Shown here: positions 29,018 to 40,722 of the stretch, in pieces
Layout of the letters: every line of letters begins with the position of its first letter
Numbering within the stretch: position 1 is the first letter of the stretch
Assembly: GCA_003151615.1 (NCBI GenBank)
Contig: PLXZ01000001.1
Location: 352,124 to 416,123 of the forward strand
From: Candidatus Tayloriibacteriota bacterium
Lineage (GTDB): Bacteria > Patescibacteriota > Minisyncoccia > Phycocordibacterales > PALSA-1337
Direction: 5' to 3'
DNA: 64,000 bases
Program-made: the position numbers and the translations under genes
Notes under the pieces: generated by a model
The model's input: only the letters and a program-made list of their open reading frames with translations
Databases searched by the model: none
Told to the model about the DNA's origin: nothing

Positions 29018-29524
29018 ATGAAAAGAAGTACGCACAGAGGTTTTACCCTTATTGAGCTCATGGTTGTAATCGCAATTATCGCCATCTTGAGCGGCATTAT
29101 TATGGCGAGTTTCTCCGCGGCAAAGTCAAAGTCACGCGACGGCCAGCGCATTTCGGACATCGCGCAAATTCAGCTCGCGCTCGCGGGATATTTCAATCAG
29201 TGCAATACATATCCGGCAACGACGACTCTTCCATCGTCCGGAACGACTGGCACAGGTTGTCCCACGGGAGTAAATCTCGGGACGTTTATAGGAAAAATAC
29301 CGACGTCTCCGTCGGGCGCAAATCAAACGACATACGCATATTCCACCGGCACCTCGAATATAACCGGTTTAATTGTCGATTATGTCTTGGAGGCAAATCT
29401 TGAAAATAACAGCAGTGTCTCAGGCGAAAGTTTAAGCACTTTTCCAAGTACAAGCGGGATAACCTATTCGCCATCATCCTTGCCTTGCGATGCCACTACC
29501 CACTACTGCCTCGGTCCGAAATAA
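29018..29524 (+). CDS. Type IV pilin-like protein with a prepilin N-terminal methylation motif
   Basis: RGFTLIELMVVIAIIAILS class III signal peptide. Confidence 0.7.
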   Translation: MKRSTHRGFTLIELMVVIAIIAILSGIIMASFSAAKSKSRDGQRISDIAQIQLALAGYFNQCNTYPATTTLPSSGTTGTGCPTGVNLGTFIGKIPTSPSGANQTTYAYSTGTSNITGLIVDYVLEANLENNSSVSGESLSTFPSTSGITYSPSSLPCDATTHYCLGPK

Positions 29525-29557
29525 TTCCGTCGATAATTCGAACCGTGCTATAATTGC

Positions 29558-30376
29558 ATGATGGATTTTGAAACGACATTCATATTTTGGCTTCTTGCTT
29601 TCATTTTCGGCGCAATTATCGGAAGTTTCCTCAATGTCGTCTCTCTGCGTTTTAATACGGGCATGGGCGTCAACGGCCGTTCGAAATGTTTTTCGTGCGG
29701 AAAGGGCCTGGTCTGGCATGAGCTGATTCCCATCGTCAGTTTCGCCGCGCAAAAAGGCCGCTGTAAAAAATGCAAAAGCAAAATTTCGTGGCAATACCCG
29801 ATCGTCGAGTTTTTCTCCGGCGCGATTTTCGTCCTCATCTTCGTGAAGTTTCCGCCGGTCGACGTCGCATCGGCAATTACGACCGTCTTGTATCTTTTCA
29901 TTACTGCGATTCTCATTGTCATTACGGTTTATGACATAAAGCACAAGATAATTCCTGATTCGCTTTCGTACACATTTTCCGCAATAGCTTTGGCGGGTTT
30001 GTTTTTTGGCGGCGTAACGCTTTTCCATATTCCGCTTCTCATAAATCTGTTGGCCGGACCGTTGTGCGCTCTACCGTTTGCCGTTTTGTGGGCAATTTCC
30101 GGCGGTCGATGGATGGGTCTCGGCGACGCGAAATTGATGCTCGGCATCGGCTGGACCCTCGGATTTGTCGCGGCGATTTCGTCGATGGTTTTGGCGTTCT
30201 GGATCGGCGCGGTTGTGTCCGTGGCTTGGATGATGATTGCCTTCAAAAAAGTGAAGGGCAATTACGAAATTCCGTTTGCGCCGTACCTAATTTTGGGCAT
30301 GTACATTGTGCTTTTGACGGGCGTATCCGTCATAGATTTACGGCCGATTCTTGCTATAATAAATGTACAATCATGA
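29558..30376 (+). CDS. pilD: Prepilin peptidase (A24 family)
   Basis: Multi-TM, with the CFSCGKGL...CKKCK zinc-binding tetracysteine region. Confidence 0.7.
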   Translation: MMDFETTFIFWLLAFIFGAIIGSFLNVVSLRFNTGMGVNGRSKCFSCGKGLVWHELIPIVSFAAQKGRCKKCKSKISWQYPIVEFFSGAIFVLIFVKFPPVDVASAITTVLYLFITAILIVITVYDIKHKIIPDSLSYTFSAIALAGLFFGGVTLFHIPLLINLLAGPLCALPFAVLWAISGGRWMGLGDAKLMLGIGWTLGFVAAISSMVLAFWIGAVVSVAWMMIAFKKVKGNYEIPFAPYLILGMYIVLLTGVSVIDLRPILAIINVQS

Positions 30377-31035
30377 TGCGCGGTCTTTCAAAAAACAGCG
30401 GCTTCACCCTCATCGAACTGATGGTCTCTCTGGCCATTTTTGCGTTTATGACGGCGTTTCTGCTGGCAAAGTACGGGACGTTCAATCAGAGCACTTTGGT
30501 CACGAATCTTGCGTACGACGCGGCGCTGACCATCCGAAGCGCGCAGAGTTACGGTTTGAATGTGCAAAATGCCGTTAATTCGCAAGGAACCAATCTAACT
30601 TGTTCGGGTCAGACCGGATATACTTCAGGCAATGCTTGTTTCTATTATGCTTACGGAGTTCATTTTGGAGGGACGACTCCGACTAATCGATTTATTTTAT
30701 TCGTTGATTTAAATACGGGCCAATCGAATTCCGGCGTATATGTTCCGAATGACAGTCCGAATGTTGAAGACATAAGCACTTATAAAATGAATACCGGTTA
30801 CACGATACAAGGCATCTGCGCAATACAAGCGGGCTCGTCCGCGTGCACGCCTCTCAGTTCGCTTGATATTACATTCAAACGACCGAATCCCGATGCTATA
30901 ATTGACGGGACGTTGTTGTCGGATGGAACGACGAAGATAACGAATGCTCCGTACGCGAAGATTACGTTTGTCGCCAATAATACGACGTCGTCGGTTGTCG
31001 TGCAAAGCACCGGCGAAATTTCGGTCGGAAACTGA
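30373..31035 (+). CDS. Minor pseudopilin with a prepilin N-terminal domain
   Basis: Starts at MMRGLSKNSGFTLIELMVSLAIFAF, in an ATGA overlap with the pilD stop. The ORF frame is open from 30064, but that upstream part overlaps pilD. Confidence 0.6.
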   Translation: MMRGLSKNSGFTLIELMVSLAIFAFMTAFLLAKYGTFNQSTLVTNLAYDAALTIRSAQSYGLNVQNAVNSQGTNLTCSGQTGYTSGNACFYYAYGVHFGGTTPTNRFILFVDLNTGQSNSGVYVPNDSPNVEDISTYKMNTGYTIQGICAIQAGSSACTPLSSLDITFKRPNPDAIIDGTLLSDGTTKITNAPYAKITFVANNTTSSVVVQSTGEISVGN

Positions 31036-31733
31036 TGTCAAAATATAAAATGAAAAACACCGCTTCAACTTCGACAACCGCCGGCTTCACCCTCATCGAG
31101 ATCATCGTATCGATGGCGGTTTTCATCGTCGTCGCGACGATTGCCGTTGGGGCATTCCTAAAAATTCTCAGCGCGAACAAGCAGGCGCAGTCAATCGAGA
31201 CGGCCATGAACAATGCCGACTTCGCCCTCGATTCAATGTCCCGCGACTTGCGCGTGGGATACGGGTATACGTGTTACGATGATTACAATTATCCCAACGG
31301 TAATTCTATCTCAATCGGGAAAAATGCTTGTAATTCAATTAATTTGTCTATTTTGTTTGGATCATCGACAAATTTGACGACGTATCCAACGATTGCTTTT
31401 TATTCTTCAGAGAGCCCGAACGGGTGGAGTTGTTCGCAGCCGGCTATTCATGCGTATCGTTACAATCCAAGCACAAAAATACTTGAAAAGTCGGAAGAAA
31501 GCCAATGTAACGACACAGTAATTGGCGACGGTAATTCTCCGTTCGTGCCGCTCACCGCCACAAGTTCCGGTTTTGCCATTCAGACCTTTGGATTTTCTGT
31601 CGGAGGCGTCACTTCGCCTCAACAGCCGAAAGTTCTCATTTACCTGAAGGCGGCGGCCGGATCAAACCTGCAGAACCAAACGTCCTTTACGGTGCAGACA
31701 AGCGTGTCCCAACGCGTCATGAACGGATTATAA
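31035..31733 (+). CDS. Minor pseudopilin (PilW/GspJ-like)
   Basis: AGFTLIEIIVSMAVFIVV prepilin motif. Confidence 0.55.
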   Translation: MSKYKMKNTASTSTTAGFTLIEIIVSMAVFIVVATIAVGAFLKILSANKQAQSIETAMNNADFALDSMSRDLRVGYGYTCYDDYNYPNGNSISIGKNACNSINLSILFGSSTNLTTYPTIAFYSSESPNGWSCSQPAIHAYRYNPSTKILEKSEESQCNDTVIGDGNSPFVPLTATSSGFAIQTFGFSVGGVTSPQQPKVLIYLKAAAGSNLQNQTSFTVQTSVSQRVMNGL

Positions 31734-31736
31734 AAT

Positions 31737-32327
31737 ATGAAAAAAATATGCATACAATCAGGCTTCACTTTGATCGAAACGCTTGTCGCCATTGCCATTC
31801 TCATGGTTGCGATCGCCGGACCGCTTAATATCGCGGAAAAAGGTTTGACGACTGCGGTCGATTCGCGCGACCAAGTCGTGGCGTCGTATTTGGCACAGGA
31901 CATGATGGAATTCGTCAAAAATGTCCGGGATGACAATCTCGAGGCGAGTCCTGTGAGAGCGTGGCTCAATGGGGTAAGTCAATGCACGGTATCTTCGCCG
32001 TGTACTGCGGAAACCGCGACGGGCGATCCGAACAATCTAGGTACGACTGTTTCGTCGGCGCCGGCTTGTAATTTCTTTTCGTATCCGGTGGTTTTGGACA
32101 ATTCATGCCGGCTCTATGTCGACGTCCAACACAATCCGGGCGGCTACTACACATATAATTCGACGGGGAATAATCAGTCGACACAGTTTTACCGGACGTT
32201 TTACATAACTCAGCCGACTGGCGCTGACAGCGATACCGCATTGTTGAACGTCTCGGTATATTGGACAAACGGAACCATCCTCAATCATGTCATTGAGCAG
32301 ACTATGATTTTTAACACAACCAGATAA
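31737..32327 (+). CDS. Minor pseudopilin (PilV/GspI-like)
   Basis: SGFTLIETLVAIAILMVAIAGPL prepilin motif. Confidence 0.55.
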   Translation: MKKICIQSGFTLIETLVAIAILMVAIAGPLNIAEKGLTTAVDSRDQVVASYLAQDMMEFVKNVRDDNLEASPVRAWLNGVSQCTVSSPCTAETATGDPNNLGTTVSSAPACNFFSYPVVLDNSCRLYVDVQHNPGGYYTYNSTGNNQSTQFYRTFYITQPTGADSDTALLNVSVYWTNGTILNHVIEQTMIFNTTR

Positions 32328-32328
32328 T

Positions 32329-32892
32329 ATGAAAACTATGAGCACTTCGCATAGAAAATTTTTGGAAAATCGGGGATACGCGCTTTTGTTCGCGGTTTTG
32401 GTGTCGGCGGTGGTTCTCGGCGTCGGCGTCTCCATTTTGAATATTTCACGCAAGGAAATTCTCCTGACTTCCGGTGCGCAACAGTCGAAGTACGCCCTGT
32501 ATGCGGCTGACGCCGGATATGAATGCGTGCTGTATCAGGATTATCATAAGAATGCTTTTACCAGCACGAGCACGACTGGTTATACTTTTCCTTTATCCGA
32601 GTGCGGGGCTACCTATACCGGAACCACTCCCAATTCCTTCGCTCCGACGGTTACGGAAAGCAATCCGAGCGGAAATGTCTATCAATTCGTCTTCAGTATT
32701 CCGGTTTCGCAGGTAGGCTCGTGCGCAGCGGTGACGCTGACAAAAACGTATGACACCAGTCCGAGTACGGACATAACCGTTTCGACCCAGGTACTCTCCG
32801 ACGGATTCAATGTAGGATGGGAGGCGTCGCCCGGGGATTGCAATACTCCAAATCAGACAAAAGTAGAGCGCGCTCTTCTTGCGACTTATTAA
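32329..32892 (+). CDS. PilX-like pilus assembly protein
   Basis: N-terminal TM helix without the G-F-T-L-I-E motif. Last gene of the pseudopilin operon. Confidence 0.4.
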   Translation: MKTMSTSHRKFLENRGYALLFAVLVSAVVLGVGVSILNISRKEILLTSGAQQSKYALYAADAGYECVLYQDYHKNAFTSTSTTGYTFPLSECGATYTGTTPNSFAPTVTESNPSGNVYQFVFSIPVSQVGSCAAVTLTKTYDTSPSTDITVSTQVLSDGFNVGWEASPGDCNTPNQTKVERALLATY

Positions 32893-35028
<2,136 letters not shown>

Positions 35029-35037
35029 TATGTTATT

Positions 35038-35910
35038 GTGTATTTAAATATGAACCAACATACTCAAATTATTAAAGATCGTTTGACGAAAGCCGTCACA
35101 AGTCCAATTCTCAAAGGAATTATCGCTAAAGATTACTCGTCTACGTTTAATCAGTTGGGTGTTTCTCAGAATGAATCTGACATCATTTCGAAAAAAATCT
35201 TTGATTACATTATTGAATCAAAAACTTTTCAGGAAGTGGAAAATAAAGTCACTGCTCTATTTCGAGATTCAAAAGTCGGTGAAAAAAATATTTTCGACCT
35301 GATTCATTCCGGTCTTGCCGATAGAGTCAATAAAATCACTACGCAAGTTACGCCCTACCTTCGGGGAATTTCTGGCAAGGTATTTGATTATGGAATGGGT
35401 TCCGGTGAAATCACCCAGAAACTTAAAGACGAGCTCGGACTTGATATTGAAGGCGGGGATGTCAGAGATTTTCGTTCAACAAATGTTACCGTGCCGTTTG
35501 TTTTACTTAAAGATTCTGATGGTTTGAACGGAAAAATTGTTGATGTACCGAATCTCCATTACCAAGCTGCACTTCTTACAAATGTCATTTATCATGAAAA
35601 AGTGAACGAAGCCATTCTCAGGGAACTTGACCGAATTGTGGCGAAAAAATTGGTGATTATCGAAACTGTGCCTGTTGGAAAAACTCCTGAAGAGATTGCT
35701 TTGGATCATGAACGCACATTTGCCAACGATGTATTATGGAATCGTTTCTTTAATAATGCCGATATTCCCGTACCCGGCACCTACGAAACGCCCGAAGACT
35801 GGACTAAGCGTTTTGAATCATTTGGATGGAAGACTGCTCATTCTGAAGACTTGGGTTTTGACCAGAAATCTATCCGTGACGTGCATCATCTTCTCGTTTT
35901 CGAAAGATAA
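35038..35910 (+). CDS. Hypothetical protein, possible class I SAM-methyltransferase fold; AT-rich
   Basis: 290 aa. VFDYGMGSGEIT resembles SAM motif I. Its codon usage is markedly more AT-rich than the flanking ligA and gatC. Confidence 0.35.
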   Translation: MYLNMNQHTQIIKDRLTKAVTSPILKGIIAKDYSSTFNQLGVSQNESDIISKKIFDYIIESKTFQEVENKVTALFRDSKVGEKNIFDLIHSGLADRVNKITTQVTPYLRGISGKVFDYGMGSGEITQKLKDELGLDIEGGDVRDFRSTNVTVPFVLLKDSDGLNGKIVDVPNLHYQAALLTNVIYHEKVNEAILRELDRIVAKKLVIIETVPVGKTPEEIALDHERTFANDVLWNRFFNNADIPVPGTYETPEDWTKRFESFGWKTAHSEDLGFDQKSIRDVHHLLVFER

Positions 35911-35952
35911 TATTGTGTTGGTTCGACATATTTTTCATGCTACAATCACGGC

Positions 35953-36252
35953 ATGTCAGCAACTAAAATCACTGAAAAAGACATAGAAAACCTTGCGAAT
36001 TTGGCACGTATCAAAGTCGACGCGGCTGAAAAAACGCAGTTAGTCAAGGAAATCGACTCGATTTTGGCTTATGTTGACACGATAAAAAAAGCGTCAATCG
36101 GCGAGAGTGCCGCTGAAGACCGCGTCGGTGCCGTGAAAAATGTCGCGCATCCCGACGATGCGCGCGCTCTTTCTCATGAGGACCGCGAGAGAATTCTCGT
36201 CGAAGTTCCGGATCGTGAAGGCGATTTCGTCGCGGTGAAGAAAATTTTGTAA
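35953..36252 (+). CDS. gatC: Asp/Glu-tRNA amidotransferase subunit C
   Basis: 99 aa with the ITEKDIENLANLARIKVD N-terminus typical of GatC, located upstream of gatA. Confidence 0.7.
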   Translation: MSATKITEKDIENLANLARIKVDAAEKTQLVKEIDSILAYVDTIKKASIGESAAEDRVGAVKNVAHPDDARALSHEDRERILVEVPDREGDFVAVKKIL

Positions 36253-36267
36253 TTTTGCCTTCGATTT

Positions 36268-36291
36268 CCGAATTTGACTTTTGAAATTCGG
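36268..36291. terminator. Hairpin CCGAATTT-(8 nt)-AAATTCGG between convergent genes (possible bidirectional terminator)
   Basis: 8-bp perfect inverted repeat immediately after the gatC stop and downstream of the antisense 36360-36833 gene. The flanking T-tract is weak. Confidence 0.35.
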
Positions 36292-36359
36292 ATTTGCTAT
36301 ACTTGTTTCAGCATTTGGGGGGGATACCCAGGACGGCAATCAGCTGTAACCAAATGCGA

Positions 36360-36833
36360 TCAAAGTATATCACTCTCTTCGGGTGGTATTTTTTGTTTGA
36401 ACAGGGGAATGACGCTGAGAAATATTTTTTCGGTTCGTTCTGTTTGTTTAATTACTATTTTCAGGCGTATTTCATCGAGCATTGCAGTCAATTCATAATA
36501 TGTGACTTGTTGAATGGCAGTTTCTTTTCTGCCGTTTACGTATCTGTTTTCAAATCTTTGACGATATGTCTTGTTTTGCAATGTATGAGAATTTCCTATT
36601 ATTTTTATGGCGATAGGCAGGAGTCGCAGTCTCATATTCATGTCTTTCGACGTACGGACGGTATGTTTGTTTTTGAAACGGATATGGTCAAAGCCGGCAT
36701 CGGTGAAATGAATGTAATCTTTAAAATACGGGCAATAAACCCTGTCGATGCTTTTGTAAAAATGATCATCGGATTGTTCGTTTGAAAGTGAAATCGGGTT
36801 TTTATCCATAAGTTGAGTATACAAAACCGGCAA
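36360..36833 (-). CDS. Hypothetical protein (AT-rich), antisense between gatC and gatA
   Basis: 157 aa with no recognisable motif. Its AT-rich composition contrasts with the gat genes. Confidence 0.4.
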   Translation of the reverse strand: MPVLYTQLMDKNPISLSNEQSDDHFYKSIDRVYCPYFKDYIHFTDAGFDHIRFKNKHTVRTSKDMNMRLRLLPIAIKIIGNSHTLQNKTYRQRFENRYVNGRKETAIQQVTYYELTAMLDEIRLKIVIKQTERTEKIFLSVIPLFKQKIPPEESDIL

Positions 36834-36954
36834 TGAAGAAACGTTAAAAAAGTTATAAAATTTTGATGAAAATCTATAAAGAAACGGCGAAATTTTGCGT
36901 TTGTGCTATAATTTGCATAAATAAAGTGTGGAGAGACGTTTAAAATCAACGAAA

Positions 36955-38433
36955 ATGCCGAAAATTGATTTAAAAAATCTGACGATAACGAAAGCTCACG
37001 CGGCGATGAATGCGGGTGATTTTTCCGCTGTCGAGTTGGCGCAGGCATATTTGGATTCTGCCGCGGCGAAAAATTCGGGAGCGAACGGCGGTCCGGGGAT
37101 AAACGCGTATTTGGAAATCTACGACGATGTCATCGAGCAGGCGAAGGAAGCCGACGCTCGCTTTAAGGCGAAAAAGGCGACTTTGCTCACCGGAATTCCA
37201 TTCGCAATCAAAGACAATATTTTAATAAAAAGCCGCGTCGCCAGCGCCGCATCGAAAATGTTGGAAAAATATCATGCGGTATATGACGCGACAGTCATTG
37301 AGAAACTTAAAAAAGAAGGGGTAGTTTTCATCGGCCGGGCGAACATGGACGAATTCGCCATGGGAGGCTCGACGGAAAATTCAGCGTTCGGCGTGACAAA
37401 AAATCCGCACGACACAACGCGCGTGGCCGGAGGGTCGTCGGGCGGATCGGCTGCGGCAGTGGCGATGGACGGCGCGCTCGTGGCTCTCGGTTCCGACACG
37501 GGCGGTTCGATTCGCCAGCCCGCTTCGTTTTGCGGATTGGTCGGTTTGAAGCCCACATACGGAGCAGTCTCGCGAAACGGCGTCATGGCCATGGGATCTT
37601 CGCTCGACCAGATAGGGCCTTTTGCAAAAACGGTTACGGATGCCGAAATAATTTTCAATGCCATTCGTGGTCTGGATCCGCTCGACAGCACCACGATTTC
37701 GGACAAAACATATTCGCCCAAAAAATCTGATGCCGGTGCCGGAACAAAGCCAGTTATCGGCGTACCGCGGCATTTCCTCGGCGGAGATGGCATCGACAAA
37801 ACGGTGCTGGAAAATTTTAATGAATCGCTCGAAAAATTGAAGAAGCTTGGCTATGAGATTCGCGACATTGAACTGCCGAATATCGGCTATTCGCTCGCGG
37901 TATATTACATCGTCATGCCCGCCGAAGTTTCCTCGAATCTTTCGCGTTTTGACGGAGTAAAATATGGTTTGCATGTTGACGGAAAAACCGGCATTGACGA
38001 CTATTTCGAAACACGCGCTGCCGGATTTGGAAGGGAGGTTCGCCGGCGTATCCTGCTTGGAACGTACGTTTTGTCATCCGGTTATTACGATGCATATTAC
38101 AACCGCGCGAACGCTGTGCGTCGCATCATCACCGAGGACTTCAACAAAGCTTTCGAAAAAGTTGATATAATTGTCACGCCGACGACGCCGGCTCCGGCTT
38201 TCAAAATTGGCGAGAAAACAGCGGATCCAGTGGCGATGTATTTGGAGGATATTTTTACGGTAACCGCAAACCTAACAGGAATGCCGGCGATGACGGTGCC
38301 TTCGGGATTTTCGGAAGTGGCTGGCGGCGCGAAATTGCCACTCGGTTTTCAAATGACTGCGCGACACGGCGACGAGGCGACATTGTTTGAAGTCGGCAAG
38401 GATTTTATGGATGAGTCGAATTCCACAATATAA
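36955..38433 (+). CDS. gatA: Glutamyl-tRNA(Gln)/Asp-tRNA(Asn) amidotransferase subunit A
   Basis: Amidase signature (GGSSGGSAAAVA, GSDTGGSIRQPA). Start chosen at MPKIDLK; the ORF opens at 36928. Confidence 0.85.
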   Translation: MPKIDLKNLTITKAHAAMNAGDFSAVELAQAYLDSAAAKNSGANGGPGINAYLEIYDDVIEQAKEADARFKAKKATLLTGIPFAIKDNILIKSRVASAASKMLEKYHAVYDATVIEKLKKEGVVFIGRANMDEFAMGGSTENSAFGVTKNPHDTTRVAGGSSGGSAAAVAMDGALVALGSDTGGSIRQPASFCGLVGLKPTYGAVSRNGVMAMGSSLDQIGPFAKTVTDAEIIFNAIRGLDPLDSTTISDKTYSPKKSDAGAGTKPVIGVPRHFLGGDGIDKTVLENFNESLEKLKKLGYEIRDIELPNIGYSLAVYYIVMPAEVSSNLSRFDGVKYGLHVDGKTGIDDYFETRAAGFGREVRRRILLGTYVLSSGYYDAYYNRANAVRRIITEDFNKAFEKVDIIVTPTTPAPAFKIGEKTADPVAMYLEDIFTVTANLTGMPAMTVPSGFSEVAGGAKLPLGFQMTARHGDEATLFEVGKDFMDESNSTI

Positions 38434-38437
38434 AAAT

Positions 38438-39130
38438 ATGGACGACAAAGAAGAAAAAAGCGGAGGGGGATGGGGCGTATCGACGGAAATCGAGATTTTT
38501 ATCGCGATCGTTGTTGTCATTATTCTCGTTCTCTTTTCCGGAGTTCTCTCGCATGTCACATGGCTGACCGATCCGGTCGTCAATTTTTTCACCAGTAAAA
38601 AAGACCAGGCTCTTTTGAGCGGCGGTTTGAAAACATTTGTCGGTTCACTCGTCGGACTTTCGATTCCGGTTTCGGTGATGCTTTTTATCGGCATTGTCAT
38701 ATCGGTCGAGCGTTTGAAAAGAATCCGCCGCAAGGAGCATGAAATGTACAATGCCCATGTCGAAGAAGCTTACGTCGCGCCCGCATCCGGCGCAGTCGCG
38801 CAGACAAACCAGGACAACATTGTCCGATGGCGAAAAATTCTGACCATGGTCGATTCGACAAACCAAAACGACTGGCGCCAAGCAATCATCGAGGCAGACA
38901 TCATTTTGGATGAGATTGTGACGGCCGCGAATTATGCCGGCGAGGATCTGGGAACAAAACTTCGCAATGCCACCGAGGCCGATCTCAAAACCGTGAAGCT
39001 TGCCCGGGAAGCCCATTTCATCAGAAATCGAATTGCCCATGACGGCGCCGCCTATCCAGTGAGCCAGCACGAGGCCAAGCGCGTGGTCAATCTCTACAAG
39101 CAAGTGTTTGAAGAATTCTATTACATTTAA
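38438..39130 (+). CDS. Hypothetical membrane protein (2 TM plus a cytoplasmic domain)
   Basis: Starts at MDDKEEK just after the gatA stop, with two hydrophobic helices and then a soluble ~130-aa domain. Confidence 0.45.
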   Translation: MDDKEEKSGGGWGVSTEIEIFIAIVVVIILVLFSGVLSHVTWLTDPVVNFFTSKKDQALLSGGLKTFVGSLVGLSIPVSVMLFIGIVISVERLKRIRRKEHEMYNAHVEEAYVAPASGAVAQTNQDNIVRWRKILTMVDSTNQNDWRQAIIEADIILDEIVTAANYAGEDLGTKLRNATEADLKTVKLAREAHFIRNRIAHDGAAYPVSQHEAKRVVNLYKQVFEEFYYI

Positions 39131-39186
39131 AGTAGTGCCGCCGGCTCTTGCTTTTTCCTCCTAAAATGTTACTATGTTAATCCCAT

Positions 39187-39258
39187 AGCGGGGTAGAGCA
39201 ACGGTAGCTCGTCAGGCTCATAACCTGAAGATTGCCGGTTCGATTCCGGCCTCCGCAA
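39187..39258 (+). tRNA. tRNA-Met (anticodon CAU; elongator-type, or Ile2 if lysidinylated)
   Basis: Hand-folded cloverleaf with D-stem GAGC/GCTC, anticodon arm TCAGG-CTCATAA-CCTGA and T-arm GCCGG-TTCGATT-CCGGC. The acceptor AGCGGGG/CTCCGCA has an A1:A72 mismatch and no encoded CCA. Confidence 0.55.
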
Positions 39259-39359
39259 CAAGCAAGGTAGATGCGAGTGCCTCATATTCTGAGTCATTTT
39301 CATCGGAAAACATCGAACACAAAAGCAGAGAAAAATCTCTGCTTTTGTGTTACTGGAAG

Positions 39360-40682
39360 TTATTCCGCGATCAGTTTCTTGTCTTTGAGCAGTATCTTGC
39401 TTTTGATGCACGACAGCACTTCTCGCTTTTCTAAAAGAGTCCCGTGCTGAAGCATGTACTTGGCGAATATCTTGATGCTTATGTCCCTATGCTTTTTTGA
39501 TTGCGGCAAATCCTGCTTGAGTACTCCAGTTTGAAAGAGTGCGTATCGCGCGATTTCTTTTTCTAGTTTTTGTCGTAGCTCTGATTTATCCAAACTCATT
39601 GTGTCGATGATAGGCAACATCTCGGCGATCAATATCGTTTCGCTCACAGACTCATTCGGGCAGTCTCGGTTTTTTACTTTGGTACAGCGATAATAGATAT
39701 GCGCGTTCGAGCCGCCGTTTTTGAGTTCCTTGATTTTCTCTTCAGCTGTTATACCCGAATCGCAGTATGCACAGTGGAGCATTCTCGTGAAAGCGAACTC
39801 ACGGCCGTAGGCCTTTTTCTTCTCGACTTTCAGTTTTTCCTGCACTATATCGAAAACCTCTTTTGTAATGATCGGCGTATGTTTGCCAGTATACCAATCG
39901 CCGCTACCCTCGGGATATTCGAAAACACCATAGTAGAAGGACATACGCAATATGCGGTATATATTGCCGAGCGTTACGTACTTGCCGTATCTGTTTTTAA
40001 ATTCCGTTTCCTTGAGCCATTTGCATATCTTTCTGCCGGAGTATCCCTCGTATGCCACCTTGTGAAATATATCCCTTACGATCGGCGCTCTTTGGTGATC
40101 GACAATGGCTTGGCATTTTTCATCCTTATTCTTGCTGTTCAAATACCCAGTCGGTGCCATCGATGGTCTCAGCCCCATCGCCGCACGCGTTCGCAGTCCG
40201 CGTTTGACGTTGATGACCTTGTTATCGTTTTCAAGCTTAGCCTGTGATCCCAGAATCATGAGAAGAAATTTCTCATTTGGATTGTTCGTGAACTTCTGTC
40301 CGCCGTAGGTGCGTATCTCGACCAGTAACTTTTGATCCATGAGGTCAACGATCCTACCGAGGTCGCCCGCGTTGCGACTGATACGATCGGGTGCCCACGT
40401 CAGTATGCCGTTGTACTTGCCCTGCTTCAGCTCCGCAATAATCTCATTGAACACCGGCCGTTGGCCCGCTTCCTTAGCTGAGTGCGATTCCTGTTTTCTG
40501 TCTACTATTTCCAGTCCTTCATTGACCGCCAGTTTCTCCATCTCGGCGATCTGGCTGTCGATTGAAAGTATCTGCTTGTCCTCCTGCTCTGTACTTTTGC
40601 GTGCGTAAAGGCAGTATTTCACCTTTACGGGGACTGCTACTTTGGCCGCAGTTCCCAGTGGCGCTTCTGTTTTATATGTCAT
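39360..40682 (-). CDS. Large serine recombinase (phage-type integrase)
   Basis: 440 aa with an N-terminal resolvase catalytic domain (YARKST...SIDSQ) and a recombinase-domain/zinc-ribbon C-terminal extension. Lies adjacent to tRNA-Met. Confidence 0.7.
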   Translation of the reverse strand: MTYKTEAPLGTAAKVAVPVKVKYCLYARKSTEQEDKQILSIDSQIAEMEKLAVNEGLEIVDRKQESHSAKEAGQRPVFNEIIAELKQGKYNGILTWAPDRISRNAGDLGRIVDLMDQKLLVEIRTYGGQKFTNNPNEKFLLMILGSQAKLENDNKVINVKRGLRTRAAMGLRPSMAPTGYLNSKNKDEKCQAIVDHQRAPIVRDIFHKVAYEGYSGRKICKWLKETEFKNRYGKYVTLGNIYRILRMSFYYGVFEYPEGSGDWYTGKHTPIITKEVFDIVQEKLKVEKKKAYGREFAFTRMLHCAYCDSGITAEEKIKELKNGGSNAHIYYRCTKVKNRDCPNESVSETILIAEMLPIIDTMSLDKSELRQKLEKEIARYALFQTGVLKQDLPQSKKHRDISIKIFAKYMLQHGTLLEKREVLSCIKSKILLKDKKLIAE

Positions 40683-40722
40683 ACATCTTAATCAATGACG
40701 CAGACCCGCCGAGGAGTCTAGG

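Noticed and set aside
39172-39411. 79-aa minus-strand ORF
   Set aside because: It overlaps the tRNA-Met gene and the integrase 3' flank; the tRNA fold explains the sequence conservation.
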